Shown here: positions 39,501 through 57,700 of the stretch, piece after piece
How the letters are laid out: the number at the start of each line of letters is the position of its first letter
How positions within the stretch are numbered: position 1 is the first letter of the stretch
Assembly: GCF_009914755.1 (NCBI RefSeq)
Contig: NC_060940.1
Direction: 5' to 3' (one strand)
Source: the human T2T-CHM13v2.0 reference genome, Homo sapiens
Length of the DNA: 64,000 nt
Made by a program: the position numbers and the translations under genes
The notes under the pieces: model-generated
The model's database searches: none
What the model saw: only the letters and a program-made list of their open reading frames with translations
What the model was told of the DNA's origin: nothing

Positions 39501-42500
39501 CTTTTCATTCAACAGTTTGGAAACACTCTGTTTGTAAAGTCTGCCGTGGATATTTTGACCTCTTTGAGGCCTTCGTTGGAAATGGGTTTTTTTCATGTAA
39601 GGCTAGACAGAGGAAATCTCAGTAACTTCCTTGTGTTGTGTGTATTCAACTGACAAGGTTGAACCTTCCTTTAGACAGAGCAGATTCCAAACACTCTTTT
39701 TCTGCAATTTGCAAGTGGAGACTTTAAGCGCTTTGAGGCCAAAGGCAGAAAAGGAAATATCTTCGTATAAAAACCCAACAGAATCATTCTCAGAAACTGC
39801 TCTGTGATGTGTGCGTTCAACACACAGAGTTTAACTTTTCTTTTCATTCAGCAGTTTGGAAACACTCTGTTTGTAAAGTCTGCAAGTGGATATATTGGCC
39901 TCTTAGAGGCCTTCGTTGGAAACGGGTTTTTTTCATGTAAGGTTAGACAGAGGAATTCCCAGTAACTTCCTTGTGTTGTGCACATTCAACTCACAGAGTT
40001 GAATGATTCTTTACACAGAGCAGATTTGAGACACTCTTTTGGTGGAATTTGTAAGTGGAGAATTCAGCCGCTTTGAGGTCAATGGTACAAAAGGAAATAT
40101 CTTCGTATAAAAACTAGACAGAATGATTCTCAGAAACTGTTTTGTGATGTGTGCGTTCAACTCCCAGAGTTTAACCTTTCTTTTCAAAGAGCAGTTAGGA
40201 AACACTCTGTTTGTAAAGTCTGCAAGTGGATATTCAGACCTCTTTGAGGCGTTCGTTGGAAACGGGATTTCTTCATATTATGCTAGACAGAAGAATTCTC
40301 AGTAACTTCCTTGTGTTGTGTGTATTCAACTCACAGAGTTGAACGATCCTTTACACAGAGCAGATTTGAAACACTCTTTTTCTGGAATTTGCAAGTGGAG
40401 ATTTCAGCCGCTTTGAGGTCAAGGGTAGAAAAGGAAATATCTTCATATAAAAACTAGACAGAATGATTCTCAGAAACTCCTTTGTGATGTGTGTGTTCAA
40501 CTCACAGAGTTTAACCTTTCTTTTCACAGAGCCGTTAGGAAACACTCTGTTTGTGAAGTCTGCCAGTGGATATTCGGACCTCTTTCAGGCCTTCGTTGGA
40601 AACGGGTTTTCTTCATATTATGCTAGACAGATTTCTCAGTAACTACTTTGTGTTGTGTGTATGCAACTCACAGAGTTCAACCTTCCTTTAGAGAGAGCAG
40701 ATTTGAAACACTCTTTTTAAGGAATTTGCAAGTGGAGATTTCAAGCGCTTCGATGCCAATGGTTGAAAAGGAAATATCTTCGTATAAAAACAAGACAAAC
40801 TCGTTCCCAGAAACTGCGTAGTGATGTGTGTGTTTAACTCACAGACTTTAACGTTTCTTTTCATACAGAATTCTGGAAACCCTCTGTTTGTAAAGTCTGC
40901 AAGTGGATATTTGGACCTCTTAGATGCCTTCATTGGAAACGGGATTTCGTCATATAATAGTAGAGGGAAGAATTCTTAGTAACTTCTTTGTGTTGTGTGT
41001 ATTCAACTGACAGAGTTGAACCTTCCTTTAGACAGAGCAGATTTGAAAGTCTCTTTTTGTGGAATTTGCAAGTGGAGATTTCAAGCGCTTTGAGGCCAAA
41101 AGCAGAAAAGGAAATATTTTCCTATAAAAACTAGACAGAATCATTCTCAGAAACTGCTCTGTGATGTGTGCGTTCAACTCACAGAGTTTAACTTTTCTTT
41201 TCATTCAGCAGTTTGGAAACACTCTGTTTGTAAAGTCTGCCGTGGATATTTTGACCTCTTTGAGGCCTTCGTTGGAAACGGGTTTTTTTCATGTAAGGCT
41301 AGACAGAGGAAATCTCAGTAATTTCCTTGTGTTGTGTGTATTCAACTGACAAGGTTGAACCTTCCTTTAGACAGAGCAGATTCGAAACACTCTTTTTCTG
41401 CAATTTGCAAGTGGAGACTTCAAGCGCTTTGAGGCCAAAGGCAGAAAAGGAAATATCTTCGTATAAAAACCCGACAGAATCATTCTCAGAAACTGCTCTG
41501 TGATGTGTGCGTTCAACTCATAGAGTTTAACTTTTCTTTTCATTCAGCAGTTTGGAAACACTCTGTTTGTAAAGTCTGCAACTGGATATATTGGCCTCTT
41601 AGAGGCCTTCGTTGGAAACGGGTTTTTTTCATGTAAGGTTAGACAGAGGAATTCCCAGTAACTTCCTTGTGTTGTGTGCATTCAACTCACAGAGTTGAAT
41701 GATTCTTTACACAGAGCAGATTTGAGACACTCTTTTGGTGGAATTTGTAAGTGGAGAATTCAGCCGCTTTGAGGTCAATGGTACAAAAGGAAATATCTTC
41801 GTATAAAAACTAGACAGAATGATTCTCAGAAACTGTTTTGTGATGTGTGCGTTCAACTCACAGAGTTTAACCTTTCTTTTCAAAGAGCAGTTAGGAAACA
41901 CTCTGTTTGTAAAGTCTGCAAGTGGATATTCAGACCTCTTTGAGGCGTTCGTTGGAAACGGCATTTCTTCATATTATGCTACACAGAAGAATTCTCAGTA
42001 ACTTCCTTGTGTTGTGTGTATTCAACTCACAGAGTTGAACGATCCTTTACACAGAGCAGATATGAAACACTCTTTTTCTGGAATTTGCAAGTGGAGATTT
42101 CAGCCGCTTTGAGGTCAATGGTAGAAAAGGAAATATCTTCATATAAAAACTAGACAGAATGATTCTCAGAAACTCCTTTGTGATGTGTGCGTTCAACTCA
42201 CAGAGTTTAACCTTTCTTTTCACAGAGCAGTTAGGAAACACTCTGTTTGTGAAGTCTGCCAGTGGATATTCGGACCTCTTTGAGGCCATCGTTGGAAACG
42301 GGATTTCTTCATATTATGCTAGACAGAAGATTTCTCAGTAACTTCTTTGTGTTGTGTGTATGCAACTCACAGAGTTCAACCTTCCTTTAGAGAGAGCAGA
42401 TTTGAAACACTCTTTTTAAGGAATTTGCAAGTGGAGATTTCAAGCGCTTCGATGCCAATGGTAGAAAAGGAAATATCTTCGTATAAAAACAAGACAAACT

Positions 42501-44218
42501 CGTTCCCAGAAACTGCGTAGTGATGTGTGTGTTTAACTCACAGACTTTAACGTTTCTTTTCATACAGAATTCTGGAAACCCTCTGTTTGTAAAGTCTGCA
42601 AGTGCATATTTGGACCTCTTAGATGCCTTCGTTGGAAACGGGATTTCGTCATATAATAGTAGAGGGAAGATTTCTTAGTAACTTCTTTGTGTTGTGTGTA
42701 TTCCACTGACAGAGTTGAACCTTCCTTTAGACAGAGCAGATTTGAAAGTCTCTTTTTGTGGAATTTGCAAGTGGAGATTTCAAGCGCTTTGAGGCCAAAA
42801 GCAGAAAAGGAAATATTTTCCTATAAAAACTAGACAGAATCATTCTCAGAAACTGCTCTGTGATGTGTGCGTTCAACTCACAGAGTTTAACTTTTCTTTT
42901 CATTCAGCAGTTTGGAAACACTCTGTTTGTAAAGTCTGCCGTGGATATTTTGACCTCTTTGAGGCCTTCGTTGGAAACGGGTTTTTTTCATGTAAGGCTA
43001 GACAGAGGAAATCTCAGTAATTTCCTTGTGTTGTGTGTATTCAACTGACAAGGTTGAACGTTCCTTTAGACAGAGCAGATTCGAAACACTCTTTTTCTGC
43101 AATTTGCAAGTGGAGACTTCAAGCGCTTTGAGGCCAAAGGCAGAAAAGGAAATATCTTCATATAAAAACCCGACAGAATCATTCTCAGAAACTGCTCTGT
43201 GATGTGTGCGTTCAACTCATAGAGTTTAACTTTTCTTTTCATTCAGCAGTTTGGAAACACTCTGTTTGTAAAGTCTGCAAGTGGATATATTGGCCTCTTA
43301 GAGGCCTTCGTTGGAAACGGGTTTTTTTCATGTAAGGTTAGACAGAGGAATTCCCAGTAACTTCCTTGTGTTGTGTGCATTCAACTCACAGAGTTGAATG
43401 ATTCTTTACACAGAGCAGATTTGAGACACTCTTTTGGTGGAATTTGTAAGTGGAGAATTCAGCCGCTTTGAGGTCAACGGTAGAAAAGGAAATATCTTCG
43501 TATAAAAACTAGACAGAATGATTCTCAGAAACTGTTTTGTGATGTGTGCGTTCAACTCACAGAGTTTAACCTTTCTTTTCAAAGAGCAGTTAGGAAACAC
43601 TCTGTTTGTAAAGTCTACGAGTGCATATTCAGACCTCTTTGAGGCCTTCGTTGGAAACGGGATTTCTTCATATTATGCTAGACAGAAGAATTCTCAGTAA
43701 CTTCCTTGTGTTGTGTGTATTCAACTCACAGAGTTGAACGATCCTTTACACAGAGCAGATTTGAAACACTCTTTTTCTGGAATTTGCAAGTGGAGATTTC
43801 AGCCGCTTTGGGGTCAATGGTAGAAAAGGAAATATCTTCGTATAAAAACTAGACAGAATGATTCTCAGAAACTCCTTTGTGATGTGTGCGTTCAACTCAC
43901 AGAGTTTAACCTTTCTTTTCACAGAGCAGTTAGGAAACACTCTGTTTGTGAAGTCTGCCAGTGGATATTCGGACCTCTTTGAGGCCTTCGTTGGAAACGG
44001 GATTTCTTCATATTATGCTAGACAGATTTCTCAGTAACTACTTTGTGTTGTGTGTATGCAACTCACAGAGTTCATCCTTCCCTTAGACAGAGCAGATTTG
44101 AAACACTCTTTTTGTGGAATTTGCAAGTGGAGATTTCAAGCGCTTCGACGCCAATGGTAGAAAAGGAAATATCTTCGTATAAAAACAAGACAAAATCATT
44201 CCCAGAAACTGCGTAGTG
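18541..44218 (+). repeat. SF1 10-monomer HOR (~1.70 kb), D16Z2/S1C16H1L-like, left of L1
   Basis: Marker ORF ends at 18856, 20552, 22248, 24961, 26996, 28691, 30382, 32074, 33766, 35462, 36817, 38510, 40205 and 43600; modal spacing 1691-1699. CENP-B box in every second monomer. A 1.7-kb SF1 10-mer is the known chr16 array. Confidence 0.88.
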
Positions 44219-44443
44219 TGCTTTTTTTTTTTTTTTTTTTTATACTCTAAGTATTAGGGTACATGTGCACATTGTGCAGGTTAGTTACATATGTATACAT
44301 GTGCCATGCTGGTGCGCTGCACCCACTAATGTGTCATCTAGCATTAGGTATATCTCCCAATGCTATCCCTCCCCCCTCCCCCGACCCCACCCCAGTCCCC
44401 AGAGTGTGATATTACCCTTCCTGTGTCCATGTGATCTCATTGT

Positions 44444-48295
<3,852 letters not shown>

Positions 48296-48334
48296 TCATT
48301 AGTTGATGCAGTTTCTTCCTAGTCTCGATGGTCT

Positions 48335-48720
48335 TTACATTTTGGCATGATTTTGCAGCGGCTGGTACCGGTTGTTCCTTTCCATGTTTAGCGCTTCCTT
48401 CAGGAGCTCTTTTAGGGCAGGCCTGGTGGTGACAAAATCTCTCAGCATTTGCTTGTCTATAAAGTATTTTATTTCTCCTTCACTTATGAAGCTTAGTTTG
48501 GCTGGATATGAAATTCTGGGTTGAAAATTCTTTCCTTTAAGAATGTTGAATATTGGCCCCCACTCTCTTCTGGCTTGTAGGGTTTCTGCCGAGAGATCCG
48601 CTGTTAGTCTGATGGGCTTCCCTTTGAGGGTAACCCGACCTTTCTCTCTGGCTGCCCTTAACATTTTTTCCTTCATTTCAACTTTGGTGAATCTGACAAT
48701 TATGTGTCTTGGAGTTGCTC
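48335..48720 (-). pseudogene. C-terminal fragment of L1 ORF1p
   Basis: ...AAREKG...QARREW...YPAKLS...QNHAKM*. N-terminus and 5' UTR are missing. Confidence 0.93.
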
Positions 48721-51700
48721 ACAGAGTTAAACCTTTCTTTTCATACAGCATTCTGGAAACCCTCTGTTTGTAAAGTCTGCAAGTGGATATTTGGACCTCT
48801 TAGATGCCTTCGTTGGAAACGGGATTTCGTCATATAATGGTAGAGGGAAGAATTCTCAGTAACTTCTTTGTCTTGTGTGTATTCAACTGACAGAGTTGAA
48901 CCTTCCTTTAGACAGAGCAGATTTGAAAGTCTCTTTTTGTGGAATTTGCAAGTGGAGATTTCAAGCGCTTTGAGGCCAAAAGCAGAAAAGGAAATATTTT
49001 CCTATAAAAACTAGACAGAATCATTCTCAGAAACTGCTCTGTGATGTGTGCGTTCAACTCACACAGTTTAACTTTTCTTTTCATTCAGCAGTTTGGAAAC
49101 ACTCTGTTTGGAAAGTCTGCACGTGGATATTTTGACCTCTTTGAGGCCTTCGTTGGAAACGGGTTTTTATCATGTAAGGCTAGACAGAGGAAATCTCAGT
49201 AACTTCCTTGTGTTGTGTGTATTCAACTGACAGGGTTGAACCTTCCTTTAGACAGAGCAGATTCGAAACACTCTTTTTCTGCAATTTGCAAGTGGAGACT
49301 TCAAGCGCTTTGAGGCCAAAGGCAGAAAAGGAAATATCTTCGTATAAAAACCCGACAGAATCATTCTCAGAAACTGCTCTGTGATGTGTGCGTTCAACAC
49401 ACAGAGTTTAACTTTTCTTTTCATTCAGCAGTTTGGAAACACTCTGTTTGTAAAGTCTGCAAGTGGATATATTGGCCTCTTAGAGGCCTTCGTTGGAAAC
49501 GGGTTTTTTTCATGTAAGGTTAGACAGAGGAATTCCCAGTAACTTCCTTGTGTTGTGTGCATTCAACTCACAGAGTTGAATGATTCTTTACACAGAGCAG
49601 ATTTGAGACACTCTTTTGGTGGAATTTGTAAGTGGAGAATTCAGCCGCTGTGAGGTCAATGGTAGAAAAGGAAATATCTTCGTATAAAAACTAGACAGAA
49701 TGATTCTCAGAAACTCCTTTTTGATGTGTGCGTTCAACTCACAGAGTTTAACCTTTCTTTTCAAAGAGCAGTTAGGAAACACTCTGTTTGTAAAGTCTGC
49801 AAGTGCATATTCAGACCTCTTTGAGGCCTTCGTTGCAAACGGGATTTCTTCATATTATGCTAGACAGAAGAATTCTCAGTAACTTCCTTGTGTTGTGTGT
49901 ATTCAACTCACAGAGTTGAACGATCCTTTACACAGAGCAGATTTGAAACACTGTTTTTCTGGAATTTGCAAGTGGAGATTTCAGCCGCTTTGAGGTCAAT
50001 GGTAGAAAAGGAAATATCTTCGTATAAAAACTAGACAGAATGATTCTCAGAAACTCCTTTGTGATGTGTGCGTTCAACTCACAGAGTTTAACCTTTCTTT
50101 TCACAGAGCAGTTAGGAAACACTCTGTTTGTGAAGTCTGCCAGTGGATATTCGGACCTCTTTGAGGCCTTCGTTGGAAAAGGGATTTCTTCATATTATGC
50201 TAGACAGATTTCTCAGTAACTACTTTGTGTTGTGTGTATGCAACTCACAGAGTTCATCCTTCCTTTAGACAGAGCAGATTTGAAACACTCTTTTTGTGGA
50301 ATTTGCAAGTGGAGATTTCAAGGGCTTCGACGCCAATGGTCGAAAAGGAAATATCTTCGTATAAAAACAAGACAAAATCATTCCCAGAAACTGCGTAGTG
50401 ATGTGTGTGTTTAACTCACAGACTTTAACGTTTCTTTTCATACAGAATTCTGGAAACCCTCTGTTTGTAAAGTCTGCAAGTGGATATTTGGACCTCTTAG
50501 ATGCCTTCGTTGGAAACGGGATTTCGTCATATAATGGTAGAGGGAAGAATTCTCTGTAACTTCTTTGTGTTGTGTGTATTCAACTGACAGAGTTGAACCT
50601 TCCTTTAGACAGAGCAGATTTGAAAGTCTCTTTTTGTGGAATTTGCAATTGGAGATTTCAAGCGCTTTGAGGCCAAAAGCAGAAAAGGAAATATTTTCCT
50701 ATAAAAACTCGACAGAATCATTCTCAGAAACTGCTCTGTGATGTGTGCGTTCAACTCACAGAGTTTAACTTTTCTTTTCATTCAGCAGTTTGGAAACACT
50801 CTGTTTGTAACGTCTGCCGTGGATATTTTGACCTCTTTGAGGCCTTCGTTGGAAACGGGTTTTTTTCATGTAAGGTTAGACAGAGGAATTCCCAGTAACT
50901 TCCTTGTGTTGTGTGCATTCAACTCACAGAGTTGAATGATTCTTTACACAGAGCAGATTTGAGACAGTCTTTTGGTGGAATTTGTATGTGGAGAATTCAG
51001 CCGCTTTGAGGTCAATGGTAGAAAAGGAAATATCTTCGTATAAAAACTAGACAGAATGATTCTCAGAAACTCCTTTGTGATGTGTGCGTTCAACTCACAG
51101 AGTTTAACCTTTCTTTTCACAGAGCAGTTAGGAAACACTCTGTTTGTGAAGTCTGCCAGTGGATATTCGGACCTCTTTGAGGCCTTCGTTAGAAACGGGA
51201 TTTCTTCATATTATGCAAGACAGATTTCTCAGTAACTACTTTGTGTTGTGTGTATGCAACTCACAGAGTTCAACCTTCCTTTAGAGAGAACAGATTTGAA
51301 ACACTCTTTTTAAGGAATTTGCAAGGGGAGATTTCAAGCGCTTCGATGCCAATGGTAGAAAAGGAAATATCTTCGTATAAAAACAAGACAAAATCATTCC
51401 CAGAAACTGCGTAGTGATGTGTGTGTTTAACTCACAGAGTTTAACCTTTCTTTTCATACAGCATTCTGGAAACCCTCTGTTTGTAAAGTCTGCAAGTGGA
51501 TATTTGGACCTCTTAGATGCCTTCGTTGGAAACGGGATTTCTTCATATAATGCTAGAGGGAAGAATTCTTAGTAACTTCTTTGTGTTGTGTGTATTCAAC
51601 TGACAGAGTTGAACCTTCCTTTAGACAGAGCAGATTTGAAAGTCTCTTTTTTGTGGAATTTGCAAGTGGAGATTTCAAGTGCTTTGAGGCCAAAAGCAGA

Positions 51701-54700
51701 AAAGGAAATATTTTCCTATAAAAACTAGACAGAATCATTCTCAGAAACTGCTCTGTGATGTGTGCGTTCAACTCACAGAGTTTAACTTTTCTTTTCATTC
51801 AGCAGTTTGGAAACACTCTGTTTGTAAAGTCTGCCATGGATATTTTGACCTCTTTGAGGCCTTCGTTGGAAACGGGTTTTTTTCATGTAAGGCTAGATAG
51901 AGGAAATCTCAGTAACTTCCTTGTGTTGTGTGTATTCAACTGACAGAGTTGAACCTTCCTTTAGACAGAGCAGATTCGAAACACTCTTTTTCTGCAATTT
52001 GCAAGTGGAGACTTCAAGCGCTTTGAGGCCAAAGGCAGAAAAGGAAATATCTTCGTATAAAAACCCGACAGAATCATTCTCAGAAACTGCTCTGTGATGT
52101 GTGCGTTCAAATCACAGAGTTTAACTTTTCTTTTCATTCAGCAGTTTGGAAACACTCTGTTGGTAAAGTCTGCAAGTGGATATATTGGCCTCTTAGAGGC
52201 CTTCGTTGGAAACGGATTATTTTCATGTAAGGTTAGACAGAGGAATTCCCAGTAACTTCCTTGTGTTGTGTGCATTCAACTCACAGATTTGAATGATTCT
52301 TTACACAGAGCAGATTTGAGCCACTCTTTTGGTGGAATTTGTAAGTGGAGAATTCAGCCGCTTTGAGGTCAATGGTAGAAAAGGAAATATCTTCGTATAA
52401 AAACTAGACAGAATGATTCTCAGAAACTGTTTTGTGATGTGTGCGTTCAACTCACAGAGTTTAACCTTTCTTTTCAAAGAGCAGTTAGGAAACACTCTGT
52501 TTGTAAAGTCTGCAAGTGCATATTCAGACCTCTTTGAGGCCTTCGTTGCAAACGGGATTTCTTCATATTATGCTAGACAGAAGAATTCTCAGTAACTTCC
52601 TTGTGTTGTGTGTATTCAACTCACAGAGTTGAACGATCCTTTACACAGAGCAGATTTGAAACACTCTTTTTCTGGAATTTGCAAGTGGAGATTTTAGCCG
52701 CTTTGAGGTCAATGGTAGAAAAGGAAATATCTTCGTATAAAAACTAGACAGAATGATTCTCAGAAACTCCTTTGTGATGTGTGCGTTCAACTCACAGAGT
52801 TTAACCTTTCTTTTCACAGAGCAGTTAGGAAACACTCTGTTTGTGACGTCTGCCAGTGGATATTCGGACCTCTTTGAGGCCTTCGTTGGAAACGGGATTT
52901 CTTCATATTATGCTAGACAGATTTCTCAGTAACTACTTTGTGTTGTGTGTATGCAACTCAAAGAGTTCATCCTTCCCTTAGACAGAGCAGATTTGAAACA
53001 CTCTTTTTGTGGAATTTGCAAGTGGAGATTTCAAGCGCTTCGACGCCAATGGTCGAAAAGGAAATATCTTCGTATAAAAACAAGACAAAATCATTCCCAG
53101 AAACTGCGTAGTGATGTGTGTGTTTAACTCACAGACTTTAACCTTTCTTTTCATACAGAATTCTGGAAACCCTCTGTTTGTAAAGTCTGCAAGTGGATAT
53201 TTGGACCTCTTAGATGCCTTCGTTGGAAACGGGATTTCGTCATATAATGGTAGAGGGAAGAATTCTCAGTAACTTCTTTGTCTTGTGTGTATTCAACTGA
53301 CAGAGTTGAACCTTCCTTTAGACAGAGCAGATTTGAAAGTCTCTTTTTGTGGAATTTGCAAGTGGAGATTTCAAGCGCTTTGAGGCCAAAAGCAGAAAAG
53401 GAAATATTTTCCTATAAAAACCAGACAGAATCATTCTCAGAAACTGCTCTGTGATGTGTGCGTTCAACTCACAGAGTTTAACTTTTCTTTTCATTCAGCA
53501 GTTTGGAAACACTCTGTTTGGAAAGTCTGCAAGTGGATATTTGGACCTCTTTGAGGCCTTCGTTGGAAACGCGTTTTTATCATGTAAGGCTAGACAGAGG
53601 AAATCTCAGTAACTTCCTTGTGTTGTGTGTATTCAACTGACAGGGTTGAACCTTCCTTTAGACAGAGCAGATTCGAAACACTCTTTTTCTGCAATTTGCT
53701 AGTGGAGACTTTAAGCGCTTTGAGGCCAAAGGCAGAAAAGGAAATATCTTCGTATAAAAACCCGACAGAATCATTCTCAGAAACTGCTCTGTGATGTGTG
53801 CGTTCAACACACAGAGTTTAACTTTTCTTTTCATTCAGCAGTTTGGAAACACTCTGTTTGTAAACTCTGCAAGTGGATATATTGGTCTCTTAGAGGCCTT
53901 CGTTGGAAACGGGTTTTTTTCATGTAAGGTTAGACAGAGGAATTCCCAGTAACTTCCTTCTGTTGTGTGCATTCAACTCACAGAGTTGAATGATTCTTTA
54001 CACAGAGCAGATTTGAGACACCCTTTTGGTGCAATTTGTAAGTGGAGAATTCAGCCGCTTTGAGGTCAATGGTACAAAAGGAAATATCTTCGTATAAAAA
54101 CTAGACAGAATGATTCTCAGAAACTGTTTTGTGATGTGTGCGTTCAACTCACAGAGTTTAACCTTTCTTTTCAAAGAGCAGTTAGGAAACACTCTGTTTG
54201 TAAAGTCTGCAAGTGGATATTCAGACCTCTTTGAGGCGTTCGTTGGAAACGGCATTTCTTCATATTATGCTAGACAGAAGAATTCTCAGTAACTTCCTTG
54301 TGTTGTGTGTATTCAACTCACAGAGTTGAACGATCCTTTACACGGAGCAGATTTGAAACACTCTTTTTCTGGAATTTGCAAGTGGAGATTTCAGCCGCTT
54401 TGAGGTCAATGGTAGAAAAGGAAATATCTTCATATAAAAACTAGACAGAATGATTCTCAGAAACTCCTTTGTGATATGTGCGTTCAACTCACAGAGTTTA
54501 ACCTTTCTTTTCACAGAGCAGTTAGGAAACACTCTGTTTGTGAAGTCTGCCAGTGGATATTCGGACCTCTTTGAGGCCTTCGTTGGAAAAGGGATTTCTT
54601 CATATTATTCTAGACAGATTTCTCAGTAACTACTTTGTGTTGTGTGTATGCAACTCACAGAGTTCAACCTTCCTTTAGAGAGAGCAGATTTGAAACACTC

Positions 54701-57700
54701 TTTTTAAGGAATTTGCAAGTGGAGATTTCAAGCGCTTCGATGCCAATGGTTGAAAAGGAAATATCTTCGTATAAAAACAAGACAAACTCGTTCCCAGAAA
54801 CTGCTTAGTGATGTGTGTGTTTAACTCACAGACTTTAACGTTTCTTTTCATACAGAATTCTGGAAACCCTCTGTTTGTAAAGTCTGCAAGTGGATATTTG
54901 GACCTCTTAGATGCCTTCGTTGGAAACGGGATTTCGTCATATAATAGTAGAGGGAAGAATTCTTAGTAACTTCTTTGTGTTGTGTGTATTCAACTGACAG
55001 AGTTGAACCTTCCTTTAGACAGAGCAGATTTGAAAGTCTCTTTTTGTGGAATTTGCAAGTGGAGATTTCAAGCGCTTTGAGGCCAAAAGCAGAAAAGGAA
55101 ATATTTTCCTATAAAAACTAGACAGAATCATTCTCAGAAACTGCTCTGTGATGTGTGCGTTCAACTCACAGAGTTTAACTTTTCTTTTCATTCAGCAGTT
55201 TGGAAACACTCTGTTTGTAAAGTCTGCCGTGGATATTTTGACCTCTTTGAGGCCTTCGTTGGAAACGGGTTTTTTTCATGTAAGGCTAGACAGAGGAAAT
55301 CTCAGTAAGTTCCTTGTGTTGTGTGTATTCAACTGACAAGGTTGAAACTTCCTTTAGACAGAGCAGATTCGAAACACTCTTTTTCTGCAATTTGCAAGTG
55401 GAGACTTCAAGCGCTTTGAGGCCAAAGGCAGAAAAGGAAATATCTTCGTATAAAAACCCGACAGAATCATTCTCAGAAACTGCTCTGTGATGTGTGCGTT
55501 CAACTCACAGAGTTTAACTTTTCTTTTCATTCAGCAGTTTGGAAACACTCTGTTTGTAAAGTCTGCAAGTGGATATATTGGCCTCTTAGAGGCCTTCGTT
55601 GGAAACGGGTTTTTTTCATGTAAGGTTAGACCGAGGAATTCCCAGTAACTTCCTTGTGTTGTGTGCATTCAACTCACAGATTTGAATGATTCTTTACACA
55701 GAGCAGATTTGAGCCACTCTTTTGGTGGAATTTGTAAGTGGAGAATTCAGCCGCTTTGAGGTCAATGGTAGAAAAGGAAATATCTTCGTATAAAAACTAG
55801 ACAGAATGATTCTCAGAAACTGTTTTGTGATGTGTGCGTTCAACTCACAGAGTTTAACCTTTCTTTTCAAAGAGCAGTTAGGAAACACTCTGTTTGTAAA
55901 GTCTGCAAGTGCATATTCAGACCTCTTTGAGGCCTTCGTTGGAAACGGGATTTCTTCATATTATGCTAGACAGAAGAATTCTCAGTAACTTCCTTGTGTT
56001 GTGTGTATTCAACTCACAGAGTTGAACGATCCTTTACACAGAGCAGATGTGAAACACTCTTTTTCTGGAATTTGCAAGTGGAGATTTCAGCCGCTTTGAG
56101 GTCAATGGTAGAAAAGGAAATATCTTCGTATAAAAACTAGACAGAATGATTCTCAGAAACTCCTTTGTGATGTGTGCGTTCAACTCACAGAGTTTAACCT
56201 TTCTTTTCCCAGAGCAGTTAGAAAACACTCTGTTTGTGAAGTCTGCCAGTGGACATTCGGACCTCTTTGAGGCCATCGTTGGAAACGGGATTTCTTCATA
56301 TTATGCTAGACAGATTTCTCAGTAACTACTTTGTGTTGTGTGTATGCAACTCAAAGAGTTCATCCTTCCCTTAGACAGAGCAGATTTGAAACACTCTTTT
56401 TGTGGAATTTGCAAGTGGAGATTTCAAGCGCTTCGACGCCAATGGTCGAAAAGGAAATATCTTCGTATAAAAACAAGACAAAATCATTCCCAGAAACTGC
56501 GTAGTGATGTGTGTGTTTAACTCACAGACTTTAACCTTTCTTTTCATACAGCATTCTGGAAACCCTCTGTTTGTAAAGTCTGCAAGTGGATATTTGGACC
56601 TCTTAGATGCCTTCGTTGGAAACGGGATTTCGTCATATAATGGTAGAGGGAAGAATTCTCAGTAACTTCTTTGTCTTGTGTGTATTCACCTGACAGAGTT
56701 GAACCTTCCTTTAGACAGAGCAGATTTGAAAGTCTCTTTTTGTGGAATTTGCAAGTGGAGATTTCAAGCGCTTTGAGGCCAAAAGCAGAAAAGGAAATAT
56801 TTTCCTATAAAAACCAGACAGAATCATTCTCAGAAACTGCTCTGTGATGTGTGCGTTCAACTCACAGAGTTTAACTTTTCTTTTCATTCAGCAGTTTGGA
56901 AACACTCTGTTTGGAAAGTCTGCACGTGGATATTTTGACCTCTTTGAGGCCTTCGTTGGAAACACGTTTTTATCATGTAAGGCTAGACAGAGGAAATCTC
57001 AGTAACTTCCTTGTGTTGTGTGTATTCAACTGACAGGGTTGAACCTTCGTTTAGACAGAGCAGATTCGAAACACTCTTTTTCTGCAATTTGCAAGTGGAG
57101 ACTTTAAGCGCTTTGAGGCCAAAGGCAGAAAAGGAAATATCTTCGTATAAAAACCCGACAGAATCATTCTCAGAAACTGCTCTGTGATGTGTGCGTTCAA
57201 CACACAGAGTTTAACTTTTCTTTTCATTCAGGAGTTTGGAAACACTCTGTTTGTAAAGTCTGCAAGTGGATATATTGGCCTCTTAGAGGCCTTCGTTGGA
57301 AACGGGTTTTTTTCATGTAAGGTTAGACAGAGGAATTCCCAGTAACTTCCTTGTGTTGTGTGCATTCAACTCACAGAGTTGAATGATCCTTTACACAGAG
57401 CAGATTTGAAACACTCTTTTTCTGGAATTTGCAAGTGGAGATTTCAGCCGCTTTGAGGTCAATGGTAGAAAAGGAAATATCTTCATATAAAAACTAGACA
57501 GAATGATTCTCAGAAACTCCTTTGTGATGTGTGCGTTCAACTCACAGAGTTTAACCTTTCTTTTCACAGAGCAGTTAGGAAACACTCTGTTTGTGAAGTC
57601 TGCCAGTGGATATTCGGACCTCTTTGAGGCCTTCGTTGGAAACGGGATTTCTTCATATTATGCTAGACAGAAGATTTCTCAGTAACTTCTTTGTGTTGTG

